From Minisyncoccota bacterium (GTDB lineage Bacteria > Patescibacteriota > Minisyncoccia > Phycocordibacterales > CSBR16-193), in NCBI GenBank assembly GCA_040905715.1, contig JBBDRA010000003.1, positions 263,142 to 327,141 on the forward strand: a stretch of DNA of 64,000 nucleotides, read 5' to 3'. Positions 55,790 to 64,000 of the stretch are shown in pieces. Made by a program: the position numbers and the translations under genes. The stretch's first letter is position 1, and every line of letters begins with the position of its first letter. Below the pieces are notes generated by a model. That model did not search any database and was not told the origin of the DNA. It saw only the letters and a program-made list of their open reading frames with translations.

Positions 55790-56735
55790 ATGTGTGACAG
55801 GACGAGTGAAAAGCAAGGTGGTGCTTGCGGTGATGATCGCGAGTATTTTTGTAGGTGTAGTAGTCGCGATCGGATTTCTTGCCTTCACGGTAGATGAACT
55901 CACCGATCAACAAGCGAGTATTGAGCAGGATTTGGCAGACATTACAGGGGAGTTGCAAACTACTAGCGTATCACTTGAGCAGGCCCAATTAGCGCTCGAT
56001 ACGATCATTGAAAATAATCAAGAACTTCAAGAGAAGCTAGCTCTTGCTCAGGAAAATCGAGAAAATACTGAACGTGTGCTGAGTCAGACCAGAGAGCAGG
56101 TCGGTGAACTCGAAGTTGAGTTGGATGGAAAGATAGGCGAGGAGCAGCTTAGTGCGCTTGTTCAGGAGTGGGAGCCCCGTATCGCCCGAATAGAATGCGT
56201 GTTTCGTAATAATGATGGGGGCACCTCGCGTTCAAATGCCTCTGCGGTCTCCGTGCTTCGGCAGGGAGAAGTGCAATTCATAACAAATAAGCATGTGTTG
56301 GTCCAGAAGGGTCATTCACTGGTAAATTGCGAATTGGCTGTGCCGGGAATCGGTGATGGCTTGCGTGTAGAACCTGAGTCAGCCGAATTTTCAGGCACAC
56401 TCGATATCGCCTATGTTACCTTGTCTGATCAGCCGGCTGAGCTTGTGGCAGAGGCGTCGGGCGTTAGAGTCTGTAGTGAGCCGCCGTCATTTGGCTCAAG
56501 AGTGCTTATACTCGGCTATCCAGCGACCGGTTCCAAAAGCGGGATAACCGCAACAGACGGGATACTATCCGGGTTTGAAGAAAATTACTATATTACGTCC
56601 GCCAAGATAGAGCGCGGTAATTCCGGCGGGGCGGCAGTTCTTGTAAAAGAAGGTTGCTTTATCGGCTTGCCGACATTGGTGGTGGTTGGTCAGGTGGAAT
56701 CTTTGGCGCGAATTCTGCCTGTTACGTCTCTCTAG
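55773..56735 (+). CDS. membrane-anchored coiled-coil protein with C-terminal trypsin-like (S1) serine protease domain
   Basis: N-terminal TM, about 90-aa coiled coil, then ITNKHVL (His), LDIAYV (Asp), GNSGGA (Ser) triad. Start overlaps the upstream nuclease by 17 nt. Confidence 0.65.
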   Translation: MSYLAKCVTGRVKSKVVLAVMIASIFVGVVVAIGFLAFTVDELTDQQASIEQDLADITGELQTTSVSLEQAQLALDTIIENNQELQEKLALAQENRENTERVLSQTREQVGELEVELDGKIGEEQLSALVQEWEPRIARIECVFRNNDGGTSRSNASAVSVLRQGEVQFITNKHVLVQKGHSLVNCELAVPGIGDGLRVEPESAEFSGTLDIAYVTLSDQPAELVAEASGVRVCSEPPSFGSRVLILGYPATGSKSGITATDGILSGFEENYYITSAKIERGNSGGAAVLVKEGCFIGLPTLVVVGQVESLARILPVTSL

Positions 56736-56742
56736 AATCTAG

Positions 56743-56767
56743 AATAACTAAACGAAAGTTAGTTATT
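56743..56767. terminator. AT-rich hairpin between convergent protease and PPC genes
   Basis: aataactaa-acgaaag-ttagttatt. Weak because it is all A/T. Confidence 0.3.
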
Positions 56768-57190
56768 TGGAAGGTCGAGGAGCGGTAGGCATGAGCGTTC
56801 ATCGTAGGTTCTTTGAAGAGGGTCATGGGTAAACAGTGTTATCTCACACGTTGGCTCCGCAATAGCTTCTTTGAGGTGTCCGCCACATGCTTGATGATCT
56901 GCTCCGGCAAGTGTGATGTGCGCATGTATCAGTAGCGTCTCGTCATAGAGAGCTACATTTCCTGTGAGGTTAGTGATCTCGTGAGGTTTTGTGATATCAG
57001 AATACGTATACTCAAAATTATTTATGTGATACATGCCGATCGTTGCTGAGCGGACGGCACCGATACCAAAGAACGATCCGCCATTGATTTTTTGATCTGC
57101 ACAAAATTCTTCAAGTGTTTGTTTGATCCCGTCGCCCTGAGGGATGCGAATAATATAACCAAATGTAGTGTGTTGGTACGACATGTTCAA
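56759..57190 (-). CDS. PPC/DUF296 domain protein (PD1-like predicted DNA-binding)
   Basis: GYIIRIPQGDGIKQTLEEFC..GSFFGIGAV..IGMYH....HAHITLAGADHQACGGHL pattern of the PPC domain. Confidence 0.65.
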   Translation of the reverse strand: MNMSYQHTTFGYIIRIPQGDGIKQTLEEFCADQKINGGSFFGIGAVRSATIGMYHINNFEYTYSDITKPHEITNLTGNVALYDETLLIHAHITLAGADHQACGGHLKEAIAEPTCEITLFTHDPLQRTYDERSCLPLLDLPNN

Positions 57191-57262
57191 AAGTATTGGG
57201 ATAGAGACTAGTAATAAGTGTAAAAAGCTAGGTTAAGTATATCGTAAAAAACAAGAGATATT

Positions 57263-57295
57263 AAAAAACCACCATACGCTCAGGGCGTATGGTGG
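57263..57295 (-). terminator. rho-independent terminator after csrA
   Basis: ccaccatacgc / gcgtatggtgg 11-bp stem. The minus strand is followed by TTTTTTAATATC. Confidence 0.7.
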
Positions 57296-57318
57296 GTCAC
57301 TGGTTTGAGTTGCCTTAG

Positions 57319-57519
57319 CTACAGCAGGTCCTCGATCGCAACGCCTTCTCTTCTTTTTGCTTCAGCAAGCTCTCGGCGGTTTATCTCGACATCCTTTGGA
57401 AAGTCAAACCCCAGGCGAACTTTATCGCCATGAACTTCAACCACTCGGATAACGCCGATCGGATTTCTCGGGTCACCAACCACAATTTCCTCTCCCACTC
57501 TTCTGGTAAGGGCCAGCAT
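57319..57519 (-). CDS. csrA: carbon storage regulator CsrA
   Basis: MLALTRRVGEEIVVGD...IRVVEVHGDKVRLGFDFPKDVEINRRE matches CsrA throughout. Strong SD AAGGAGG 5 nt upstream of this ATG. Hairpin terminator downstream. Confidence 0.85.
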   Translation of the reverse strand: MLALTRRVGEEIVVGDPRNPIGVIRVVEVHGDKVRLGFDFPKDVEINRRELAEAKRREGVAIEDLL

Positions 57520-57598
57520 AACTCCCTCCTTGTAAAAGGTACATCGTCCGTGTAAATCACTCGGCAAAGGTAAATAACTATACTGATTTTTCCTAAAT

Positions 57599-58402
57599 AT
57601 GCAAGAAACAGGTATACTGGACTCTATGCAGGACCGCTCGGAAAAAAATAAAAGTAGACAAGGAAAGACGGAGACCGAGCCTGATAGGGAAGAGTTTCCG
57701 GATCAGCGACTCTTTGAGCCGGACCCGGAATTAGAAGGAAGGCCGCCGGGTTTTTGGGAGCAGGTCTGGCCGTTTATTCGCTTTGTGGGTGCTGGCCTTG
57801 CTGTCGGTGGTTTGTTGTACGTTTCCGGAGCGTATCAAGCCTTTCTTTTGCGCGAGACTCCACAAAGTGTTCGCCAGGAACCTATACCCTCGAAAGTAGA
57901 ATCGGAACTAGTAACAGTGCCGGTACACGTTTTCCTGGTAACAACTAATACCAGTAATTTTGGCACACAAAGAGATATAGAAAACGCCGAACGATTGGTC
58001 GAGAATGCCGGTAACATCTGGGCGCAGGCTAATATACGCTTTTCCCTGTCCGGTGTTCAGCGTCTTGAAGTGAGTCCGTTTGACATAGATCAGTTTCATC
58101 GAGATCCACAAGCGTTCGTCTCAAGCGTCTTTCAATATAATGACCGACAGATAAATATATTTTTAACAGGTACACTTTCGGGTCTGAACGGCGTTGCTTT
58201 CGGTGGAACGGAGGGTCTCGCTGTTGCCGACAGAGTTAGTCATTTTGACTTTCGAACACTGGCGCACGAGATCGGTCATCTTTTTGGTTTAGGCCATACA
58301 CAACGATCAAAATGGCTTATGTCTCAAGGGGCATACGGCAATGAGCTGTCTCTGGAGGAGATCCAAATCGCTCGAACACATGCTAAGCGGCTTGTGGATT
58401 AA
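57599..58402 (+). CDS. metzincin-type zinc metalloprotease (HEIGHLFGLGH, matrixin/M10-like) with N-terminal TM anchor
   Basis: HExxHxxGxxH motif HEIGHLFGLGH followed by LMS (Met-turn). Single TM near the N-terminus. Confidence 0.7.
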   Translation: MQETGILDSMQDRSEKNKSRQGKTETEPDREEFPDQRLFEPDPELEGRPPGFWEQVWPFIRFVGAGLAVGGLLYVSGAYQAFLLRETPQSVRQEPIPSKVESELVTVPVHVFLVTTNTSNFGTQRDIENAERLVENAGNIWAQANIRFSLSGVQRLEVSPFDIDQFHRDPQAFVSSVFQYNDRQINIFLTGTLSGLNGVAFGGTEGLAVADRVSHFDFRTLAHEIGHLFGLGHTQRSKWLMSQGAYGNELSLEEIQIARTHAKRLVD

Positions 58403-58498
58403 TCGGTTTTTTTCTCACTATTACGTGATATGATAGTGTACCAGTAGTCAGTAGGTTGGTTACCGCTAAGATTTATTTATAAAATAGAGATCATAAAC

Positions 58499-59257
58499 AT
58501 GGAAATGGAAAACGAAACACAACAAGATGTAACACAAGACAAACAGTCGAGTGAGCAACAGAGCGCTCCGACAAACTCAGGCGGCGCAAATAAAATGTTG
58601 ATCGGGGGGATCGTTGTCGTAGTTATAGCTGCTATCATCGGTGCTGCTATGTGGTTCCTTGGCGGCGATATGTCTACAAACGCTGACCCATCTGCCGCTG
58701 TTGCGGTGGTAAATGGTGAGGAGATCACCCGGGCCGAGTATGATGCACAGCTACAGAATGTAGAGCAGTCATTTCAGGCACAGGGCCAAACGGTTACTGA
58801 TGAAATAAGACAGCAGCTACTTAATAGCCTTATTGAACGAGAGCTTATAGTTCAGTACGCACAAGAGAACAACATTACTGCCTCTTCTGAAGATGTAGAC
58901 GAACAGTACGAGCGGTTCTCATCTCAGTTTGGTGACGAGGAGGAATTTAATAGTTTTCTCGAGAGTCAGTCTGTAACAGAAGCAGAGGTACGAGAAGATA
59001 TTGAGAAGCAACTTGTTGTTCAGGCGGTACTTGAAGCACAAGCAGAAGGAGCAGGGCTTGGTGAAGTGTCTGATGAGGATGTGCAGGCTCGCTATGATGA
59101 GCTTGTTGCCGGAACAGGAGAAGGACAGGAGGCTCCAGAGCTTTCTGAAGTAGAGCCACAGGTACGAGCTCAGTTAGAACAAGAGCAGCAAGGAGAGGTG
59201 TACGAAGCATTTGTTGCTGAATTGCGACAGGATGCTGATATAGAAGTGCTCCTCTAG
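58499..59257 (+). CDS. membrane-anchored SurA N-terminal-domain chaperone-like protein (no PPIase domain)
   Basis: TM anchor, then AVAVVNGEEITRAEYDAQLQN... and NSLIERELIVQYAQENNI, typical of SurA_N / PpiD N-domains. Confidence 0.55.
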   Translation: MEMENETQQDVTQDKQSSEQQSAPTNSGGANKMLIGGIVVVVIAAIIGAAMWFLGGDMSTNADPSAAVAVVNGEEITRAEYDAQLQNVEQSFQAQGQTVTDEIRQQLLNSLIERELIVQYAQENNITASSEDVDEQYERFSSQFGDEEEFNSFLESQSVTEAEVREDIEKQLVVQAVLEAQAEGAGLGEVSDEDVQARYDELVAGTGEGQEAPELSEVEPQVRAQLEQEQQGEVYEAFVAELRQDADIEVLL

Positions 59258-59283
59258 TACTTTTACTTTAAAAGACAGAATAG

Positions 59284-59322
59284 CCAAAGCAAAACGCCGT
59301 AACAAACGGCGTTTTGCTTTGG
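59284..59322 (+). terminator. long GC hairpin after SurA-N-like gene
   Basis: ccaaagcaaaacgccg / cggcgttttgctttgg 16-bp perfect stem. U-rich descending arm but no separate T tract. Confidence 0.5.
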
Positions 59323-59412
59323 TGGCTGTATTGAAAGAGGGTATACTGAATCAACTCACACGATGTGTGGCCAATTATTTAAAAGTACTCGTTCACATTA
59401 ATTTGATCTACC

Positions 59413-60225
59413 ATGTTCATTACCGCAATAACTGACTGTCAGGACGATAATGCGATCAACCGCATGATGACACGTGCTTTGTCACTTTTGGATACCGGCA
59501 CATTCTCTGGCGTTACTCGGCTTACAAGCGGTCTAAATAGACGAGCAGAACTCGAAGCTGCTGGTAATCTTGTTGATATACTAGACGCGTCTGAGGGTCG
59601 TCCGGGTATTGTTATGGGCAATGTTGCTCCCCGGAATGGTGATGCGCACGACCGGTGGGATAATGGAACACCTTTTGGCTACTTTCGTTACCGGGAAACA
59701 CTGGTTGTAACAACAATCGATGGAGCCATGCTATCGCTTGTTAAAAAGCTGGGTATTGTAGATACGATCAATAGTATCGATATGGAAAAAGTGGTTACGG
59801 ATGAACTTGACCATACAACCATTTCATACGCTCCCGGGAAAATTCTGGGGTCACAGTTTCGAAGTTTTGATTTTCTTCCACGTGTTGCTGTGCACTTGTA
59901 TCAACACGGGGATGTTACCTCTATACCTAAGTCACTTGAAGGTGTTCCGGATGTGAACAACGTCATCTGGTGGATCGACAGTTTTGGTAACTGTAAGACA
60001 ACTCTGACACCGGAAGATATACAGCATCGACCAGATGAGCCGATAGAGACGGAGTTCGGACCGATCGGATATAGGTACTCGCTCAAGAGCGTGCCGGACG
60101 GTGAGACTGCGCTTATTGTCGGCAGCTCCGGTTTTAAAGAGACTCGTTTTCTAGAGATCGCAACCCAGGGCGGGAACGCTGCTAAGGAGATATCAGCGAA
60201 CGTAGGTGATTCAGTGCTTCTGTAG
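59413..60225 (+). CDS. DUF62 / SAM hydroxide adenosyltransferase (SAM hydrolase, fluorinase-like) family protein, tentative
   Basis: Block similarity to fluorinase: ITAITDCQDDNA vs AFMSDLGTTDDS; IDSFGNCKTTL vs IDHPFGNVWTNI. Overall length and order are consistent. Confidence 0.4.
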   Translation: MFITAITDCQDDNAINRMMTRALSLLDTGTFSGVTRLTSGLNRRAELEAAGNLVDILDASEGRPGIVMGNVAPRNGDAHDRWDNGTPFGYFRYRETLVVTTIDGAMLSLVKKLGIVDTINSIDMEKVVTDELDHTTISYAPGKILGSQFRSFDFLPRVAVHLYQHGDVTSIPKSLEGVPDVNNVIWWIDSFGNCKTTLTPEDIQHRPDEPIETEFGPIGYRYSLKSVPDGETALIVGSSGFKETRFLEIATQGGNAAKEISANVGDSVLL

Positions 60226-60243
60226 CGCACACAGGGAGTAGTT

Positions 60244-60277
60244 CTAAACAGCTCAACCGTCGGTTGAGCTGTTTAGT
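60244..60277. terminator. bidirectional hairpin between convergent DUF62-like and MFS genes
   Basis: ctaaacagctcaacc-gtcg-ggttgagctgtttag, a 15-bp perfect stem. Confidence 0.6.
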
Positions 60278-60306
60278 GGGTGTTGAGCGTCCCCGGATCG
60301 GTTTGG

Positions 60307-61518
60307 TTAACCGAGAATGGCATCAAAATCCTCGCTGTCGGCGGTCATAAAGTAGAAGTTAACTGCTGCCAGTATCAACAGTGCGGCGATAGTTATGACG
60401 AAGGCGATCTCGAAGACGTTCGCAAAAAGAAAAATGCCGGCAAAGAGGAAAAGCTTCACGCTCATCGCGGTCACGTTTTTGAGTACAGCTGTTTTGAGCG
60501 GATCAATACGTCGAGCGCGAATAAATAGGTTACTGTCGAGCGGAATACTGACGAAGAGCGCAAAGATACCGACAAGTACGATACTGATGTAGTAAAACGG
60601 ACTCCAGTCAATGGTCATGCGAATAACCCAGATCAAGGCAAGCGCCAGAGCGCCGGTCATGATAAGTTTTTCCCGGGTTCGGGCATTTATACGGCGGGTA
60701 AAGAGAGAAAAAATAATTGTCGTAGCAGCGATCAGTACCGGTATTACCGCTACGGATTCGATAGATTGAAAGATCAGGAAAATAAAGATCGGCCAGAGAA
60801 CTAATTCTGAAAAGTTATGGATCGAATACAATCCATTGGTAATGAAATTGTTCTTCTCAACAGGACTTTTGAAAAAATTCAAAAAGGAAGAGAAACGGTC
60901 CCATTGGGTTGGCTTGTCAGAAAATGTGTTCACATAGATAAGCGGTATGATCGAAGCGAAGAACAACGTGATACTTGCTGCCAGTAGCATTGTTTGACTA
61001 CCAAAGGCAAGAATGATCGCGCCGGCGATCGGCCCCATCATGGTGGCAACTTGCTTGGCACTGTAGAGGGCGCCGGTTTTGCCGTTGGTCTGTTTCGGGT
61101 CATCGTTACTTTTGATAAACAGATAAAGGTGGGCAACCCAGTACAGTGCGTCGTAGAGAGCGCCGAGAAAGGCGAGGGCAATAAGGATCACGAAGCTGTC
61201 TACTGTTAGAAAGTCAAATGCAATAAAATATCCAATGATCGCAAAATTTGATAAGACAATGACCCAGCGAGCGCCAATACGACGAATAAGGTCACCGGCA
61301 AGAAAGTTAAGGGGGACGTTTATTAAGTGGAAGAGGAAGTAGTAGCCGATAATGGCATTAAGTGAGTAGCCCATCTGATACATCAGGATCGGAATAAAAA
61401 TGGTGATCAGTGAACGGGCGATAACATGCAGCCAGATGGAGAGTTCAAACAACCAGAAATCATCTTTCAGCAAATTTCTGATCGCGTGGTGATGATGGTA
61501 GAAATGAAATAACTGCAT
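60307..61518 (-). CDS. MFS transporter
   Basis: 403 aa, 12 TM helices in 6+6 arrangement, with a basic loop (TRRINARTREK) between TM2 and TM3. Confidence 0.7.
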   Translation of the reverse strand: MQLFHFYHHHHAIRNLLKDDFWLFELSIWLHVIARSLITIFIPILMYQMGYSLNAIIGYYFLFHLINVPLNFLAGDLIRRIGARWVIVLSNFAIIGYFIAFDFLTVDSFVILIALAFLGALYDALYWVAHLYLFIKSNDDPKQTNGKTGALYSAKQVATMMGPIAGAIILAFGSQTMLLAASITLFFASIIPLIYVNTFSDKPTQWDRFSSFLNFFKSPVEKNNFITNGLYSIHNFSELVLWPIFIFLIFQSIESVAVIPVLIAATTIIFSLFTRRINARTREKLIMTGALALALIWVIRMTIDWSPFYYISIVLVGIFALFVSIPLDSNLFIRARRIDPLKTAVLKNVTAMSVKLFLFAGIFLFANVFEIAFVITIAALLILAAVNFYFMTADSEDFDAILG

Positions 61519-61682
61519 ATTTTTGATAGAGTGCCGTAGCCGACGCTTTTAGAGAAAGAATATCACAAGACTCTGATTTGAAAACGTATTGCTTTGTATC
61601 AACGAGTTCAGGCGGTGGAGCACGTATCAAAAAGTGTTTCAGTATTTGATGCCGGGACATGTTACTATTTGGATATACTCGT

Positions 61683-62705
61683 ATGGAACTATTTACACGC
61701 TCAGATCAAAATCCGATCCTTGCTCCGGATCCTTCTCATTCGTGGGAGTCGCGCGCAGTGTTCAATCCGGCTGTTACTGAATTGAACGGTACGATCTATA
61801 TGCTCTACCGAGCGATCGGAGATGATGAAAATTATATTTCTCGACTCGGACTCGCGACAAGTACAGACGGCATCTCGTTTAAGCGCTCAAGCGAGCCCTG
61901 GCTCGCGCCGTCAACCGCGGACGATCGTTGGGGCACAGAAGATCCGCGTATGACTCGTATTGACGACACGGTCTTTATAACCTACACCGCGATCTCTCAG
62001 CCGGTAAAAGAAACAGAAAGCGCAATGCGCACAGATCCGCTTCTGGCACAGGTTAACCTGGTCTCTACAACAGACTTTTCGTATTACTCGCACCAAGGTC
62101 TTATAACGCCGGACTACTCGGATAACAAAGACACACTTCTTTTTCCGGAAAAAATAAACGATTGTTATGTATTGCTTCATCGTCCGCATCGTTGGTCAAA
62201 AGAATGGTACCGGGAGTCCGGTCAAAATGCCGCGGCCAACGTACCGGTGCCAATAGATGGTCTTCCGGAAAAACCAAGTATCTGGATCTCATATTCAAAA
62301 GATCTGATCACGTGGTTCGATCACTCGGTGGTTATGGAGCCAACGCATGACACAGATGAGAAGATCGGTGCCGGTGCTCCGCCGATCAGAACTGAGCAGG
62401 GCTGGCTGCTTCTGTACCACCATGTGACAAATCATTCCGGAGTCAAACGTATGTACGCGGCAAAAGCCGCATTGCTTGATATCAACGATCCCTCTCAGAT
62501 CATATCGCGAACTCGGGAGCATGTTCTCGAACCGCGGGAAGCATATGAGACGACCGGTGATGTTGCTGACGTTGTATTTCCGACCGGTGCGTTTATTCGC
62601 GGCGGTGATCTGTATATGTACTACGGCGCCGCGGATACGTATTGCGCACTTGCCACCGCACCGATCACTGCCGTTCTTGATGCGCTTGAAATACACACGT
62701 CCTGA
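61683..62705 (+). CDS. GH130 / DUF377 glycosidase (beta-mannoside phosphorylase-like 5-bladed propeller)
   Basis: DQNPILAPDPSHSWESRAVFNPAVTELNGTIYMLYRAIG, GLATSTDGISF, WGTEDPRMT are GH130 hallmark blocks. Confidence 0.75.
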   Translation: MELFTRSDQNPILAPDPSHSWESRAVFNPAVTELNGTIYMLYRAIGDDENYISRLGLATSTDGISFKRSSEPWLAPSTADDRWGTEDPRMTRIDDTVFITYTAISQPVKETESAMRTDPLLAQVNLVSTTDFSYYSHQGLITPDYSDNKDTLLFPEKINDCYVLLHRPHRWSKEWYRESGQNAAANVPVPIDGLPEKPSIWISYSKDLITWFDHSVVMEPTHDTDEKIGAGAPPIRTEQGWLLLYHHVTNHSGVKRMYAAKAALLDINDPSQIISRTREHVLEPREAYETTGDVADVVFPTGAFIRGGDLYMYYGAADTYCALATAPITAVLDALEIHTS

Positions 62706-62743
62706 TCTAAAAAGCCATAGATGCCGTGTGCTATAATGAACGT

Positions 62744-63334
62744 ATGATATTTACCTCAAAGATAAAATTGGCTTTAGAGCGTGCGACAACCCTTCACGAC
62801 GGTCAGTATCGCAAGGATGGAAGTACTCCATATATTGCCCATCCGGTCGCGGTCGCAATGATCCTGGCGCAGTACACGAGTGATGAAGATATTATCTGCG
62901 CTGGTCTACTGCACGATGTACTCGAAGATGTTGCTGGCTATTTTGAGCAAGACATGAGAGTGGAGTTTGGTGATACGATAACCGACATTGTCAAAGGAGT
63001 GACGGAACCCAAAGATCCAAACAAAGATGTCTCTGAGCAATTGCCGTGGCGTGAGATCAAGGAGAAGTACATGGAGAACCTGAGAACAGCTCCGAGTGGT
63101 TCGGTTATGGTTGCTGCCGCCGACAAGATCCACAATCTCGAGTCATTTATATCACTCATCGAGAGAGAGGGTAAAAATACATGGAAGATATTCAATTCTG
63201 CGCCGGAAGAGCGTATTTGGTATTTTGATCAAGTGCTTGCCATTGTTGCGGATAGGGTCGAGAACGAACTTGTCGACAAATTCAGAGAGTTAAATATTCA
63301 ATTTCAAGAAGCAATAGCGACGAGAAGCTTATAG
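62744..63334 (+). CDS. HD-domain (p)ppGpp hydrolase-like protein (small alarmone hydrolase, RelA/SpoT HD type)
   Basis: HDGQYRKDGSTPYIAHPVAVAMIL...AGLLHDVLED is the RelA/SpoT HD signature. Confidence 0.75.
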   Translation: MIFTSKIKLALERATTLHDGQYRKDGSTPYIAHPVAVAMILAQYTSDEDIICAGLLHDVLEDVAGYFEQDMRVEFGDTITDIVKGVTEPKDPNKDVSEQLPWREIKEKYMENLRTAPSGSVMVAAADKIHNLESFISLIEREGKNTWKIFNSAPEERIWYFDQVLAIVADRVENELVDKFRELNIQFQEAIATRSL

Positions 63335-63340
63335 GTTTCT

Positions 63341-64000
63341 ATGGAGAGAACTAAGAAAAAAGTTGCGGTGTTTGATATCGACGGGACTATTTTTCGTTCG
63401 AGTTTATTGATAGAGCTTGTTGAGAATTTGATCGATCGCGGACTGTTTCCACAGGAAGCGCGCGAGCTGTATCGTAAAGAGCGGGCCGGTTGGCTCGATC
63501 GAACGAGTGGGTATGAAGCGTACATCAACGCTGTTGTGCGTTCTTTTTTAAAGCACATTAAGGGTGTTCCATTCCTTGAGTTTGATGAGATCGCAAGTGA
63601 CATGGTCGATCGGCATCGTTCTCGAGTGTATCGCTTTACCCGTGATCTTATTGCCCAGCTTAAAAGTGAGGACTTTTATTTATTAGCGATCTCACAATCT
63701 CCCAAAGGGGTGCTAGACAAGTTTTGTGACAGTTTCGGTTTCGACAAAGTCTACGGTCGATTTTACGAGCTTGGCCCGGGTGATCGGTTTACCGGCAAAG
63801 TGGTCGATGAACATCTGATAGCGAACAAGGCAAATATTGTGAAGCGGGCAGTTGAGAAAGAAGGGTTGACCCTGGAAGGTTCCTACGGTGTCGGCGATAC
63901 AGAAGACGACATGCCATTTCTTGAACTCGTGACTCACCCGATCGCTTTCAATCCTAATAGCGGTTTGTACCGATATGCGAAGATAAACGATTGGCGAGTG
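63341..64000 (+). CDS. HAD-superfamily hydrolase (HAD-IB/phosphoserine-phosphatase-like), C-terminus beyond window end
   Basis: VAVFDIDGTIF (DxDGT motif I), LLAISQSPK (motif II-like), VGDTEDDMPFL (motif IV). Confidence 0.65.
   Translation, partial: MERTKKKVAVFDIDGTIFRSSLLIELVENLIDRGLFPQEARELYRKERAGWLDRTSGYEAYINAVVRSFLKHIKGVPFLEFDEIASDMVDRHRSRVYRFTRDLIAQLKSEDFYLLAISQSPKGVLDKFCDSFGFDKVYGRFYELGPGDRFTGKVVDEHLIANKANIVKRAVEKEGLTLEGSYGVGDTEDDMPFLELVTHPIAFNPNSGLYRYAKINDWRV

Noticed and set aside
60280-60592. Short plus-strand ORFs (60280-60528, 60395-60592) opposite the MFS transporter gene
   Set aside because: They are antisense to a well-supported 12-TM transporter ORF and have basic low-complexity products. 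Shadow ORFs.
1-64000. Searched for tRNA genes, rRNA, integrases/transposases, prophage genes, toxin-antitoxin pairs and CRISPR repeats
   Set aside because: No GTTCGAATCC-type T-arms with matching acceptor stems, no rRNA-like conserved blocks, no DDE/tyrosine-recombinase motifs and no regularly spaced direct repeats were seen. Absence is by eye only and could be overturned by tRNAscan/Infernal.

Overview
This is a gene-dense bacterial chromosomal window: about 69 protein-coding genes, mostly short intergenic gaps, and many rho-independent hairpins placed between convergent genes. I found no rRNA, tRNA, CRISPR array, integrase or transposase. Most genes lack a Shine-Dalgarno sequence and several have a -10-like box only a few nt before the ATG. 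Together with the many small hypothetical membrane proteins, that would fit an uncultivated, possibly Patescibacteria/CPR-like lineage, but this is inference only.

Main recognisable content:
- **Left edge (1-1339, minus):** truncated P2-type cation ATPase, recovered by manual translation because it has no in-window stop and is absent from the ORF track.
- **3251-3667 (minus):** a minimal SET-domain lysine methyltransferase (NHSCRPNC, ELTYDY, post-SET cysteines).
- **14851-19878:** a copper/metal homeostasis island: a CsoR-family repressor with a perfect palindromic operator sitting inside its own promoter, a CopB-type (CPH motif) P1B-ATPase with an N-terminal CPxCGM metal-binding domain, a Met/His-rich protein, a DUF411 protein, two membrane proteins and a DoxX protein.
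- **20194-22341:** a secreted GH6 cellulase with a long acidic Ser/Glu/Asp linker.
- **22493-28242 (minus):** a tight five-gene operon: GtrB-like polyprenyl-phosphate GT2, LAB_N small membrane protein, GH8 endoglucanase, a cellulose-synthase-like processive GT2 (D, DxD, AED, QQHRW) and an ArnT/PMT-like GT-C. This is the best candidate for a previously undescribed glycan synthesis / periplasmic glycosylation system.
- **37540-40913:** a divergent enolase homologue that appears to have lost catalytic and metal-binding residues, next to GpsA and a shortened glycerol-kinase-like gene.
- **43632-43868:** a 78-aa lysine-rich histone H1-like protein made of AKRKPAKKK repeats, a possible substrate for the SET protein.
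- **45458-47294:** tandem paralogous M14-like carboxypeptidases.
- **54944-56735:** a Cas4-like PD-(D/E)XK Fe-S nuclease translationally coupled to a membrane-anchored coiled-coil S1 protease.
- **Other identifiable genes:** orphan csrA with a strong SD, a metzincin protease, RarA, Nfo, MsrB, an M24 peptidase, an S9 peptidase, GH15-like and GH130 hydrolases, a PIF1-like helicase with a C-terminal HTH, and a small alarmone hydrolase-like HD protein.

All functional calls rest on motif recognition by eye. No database search was run.
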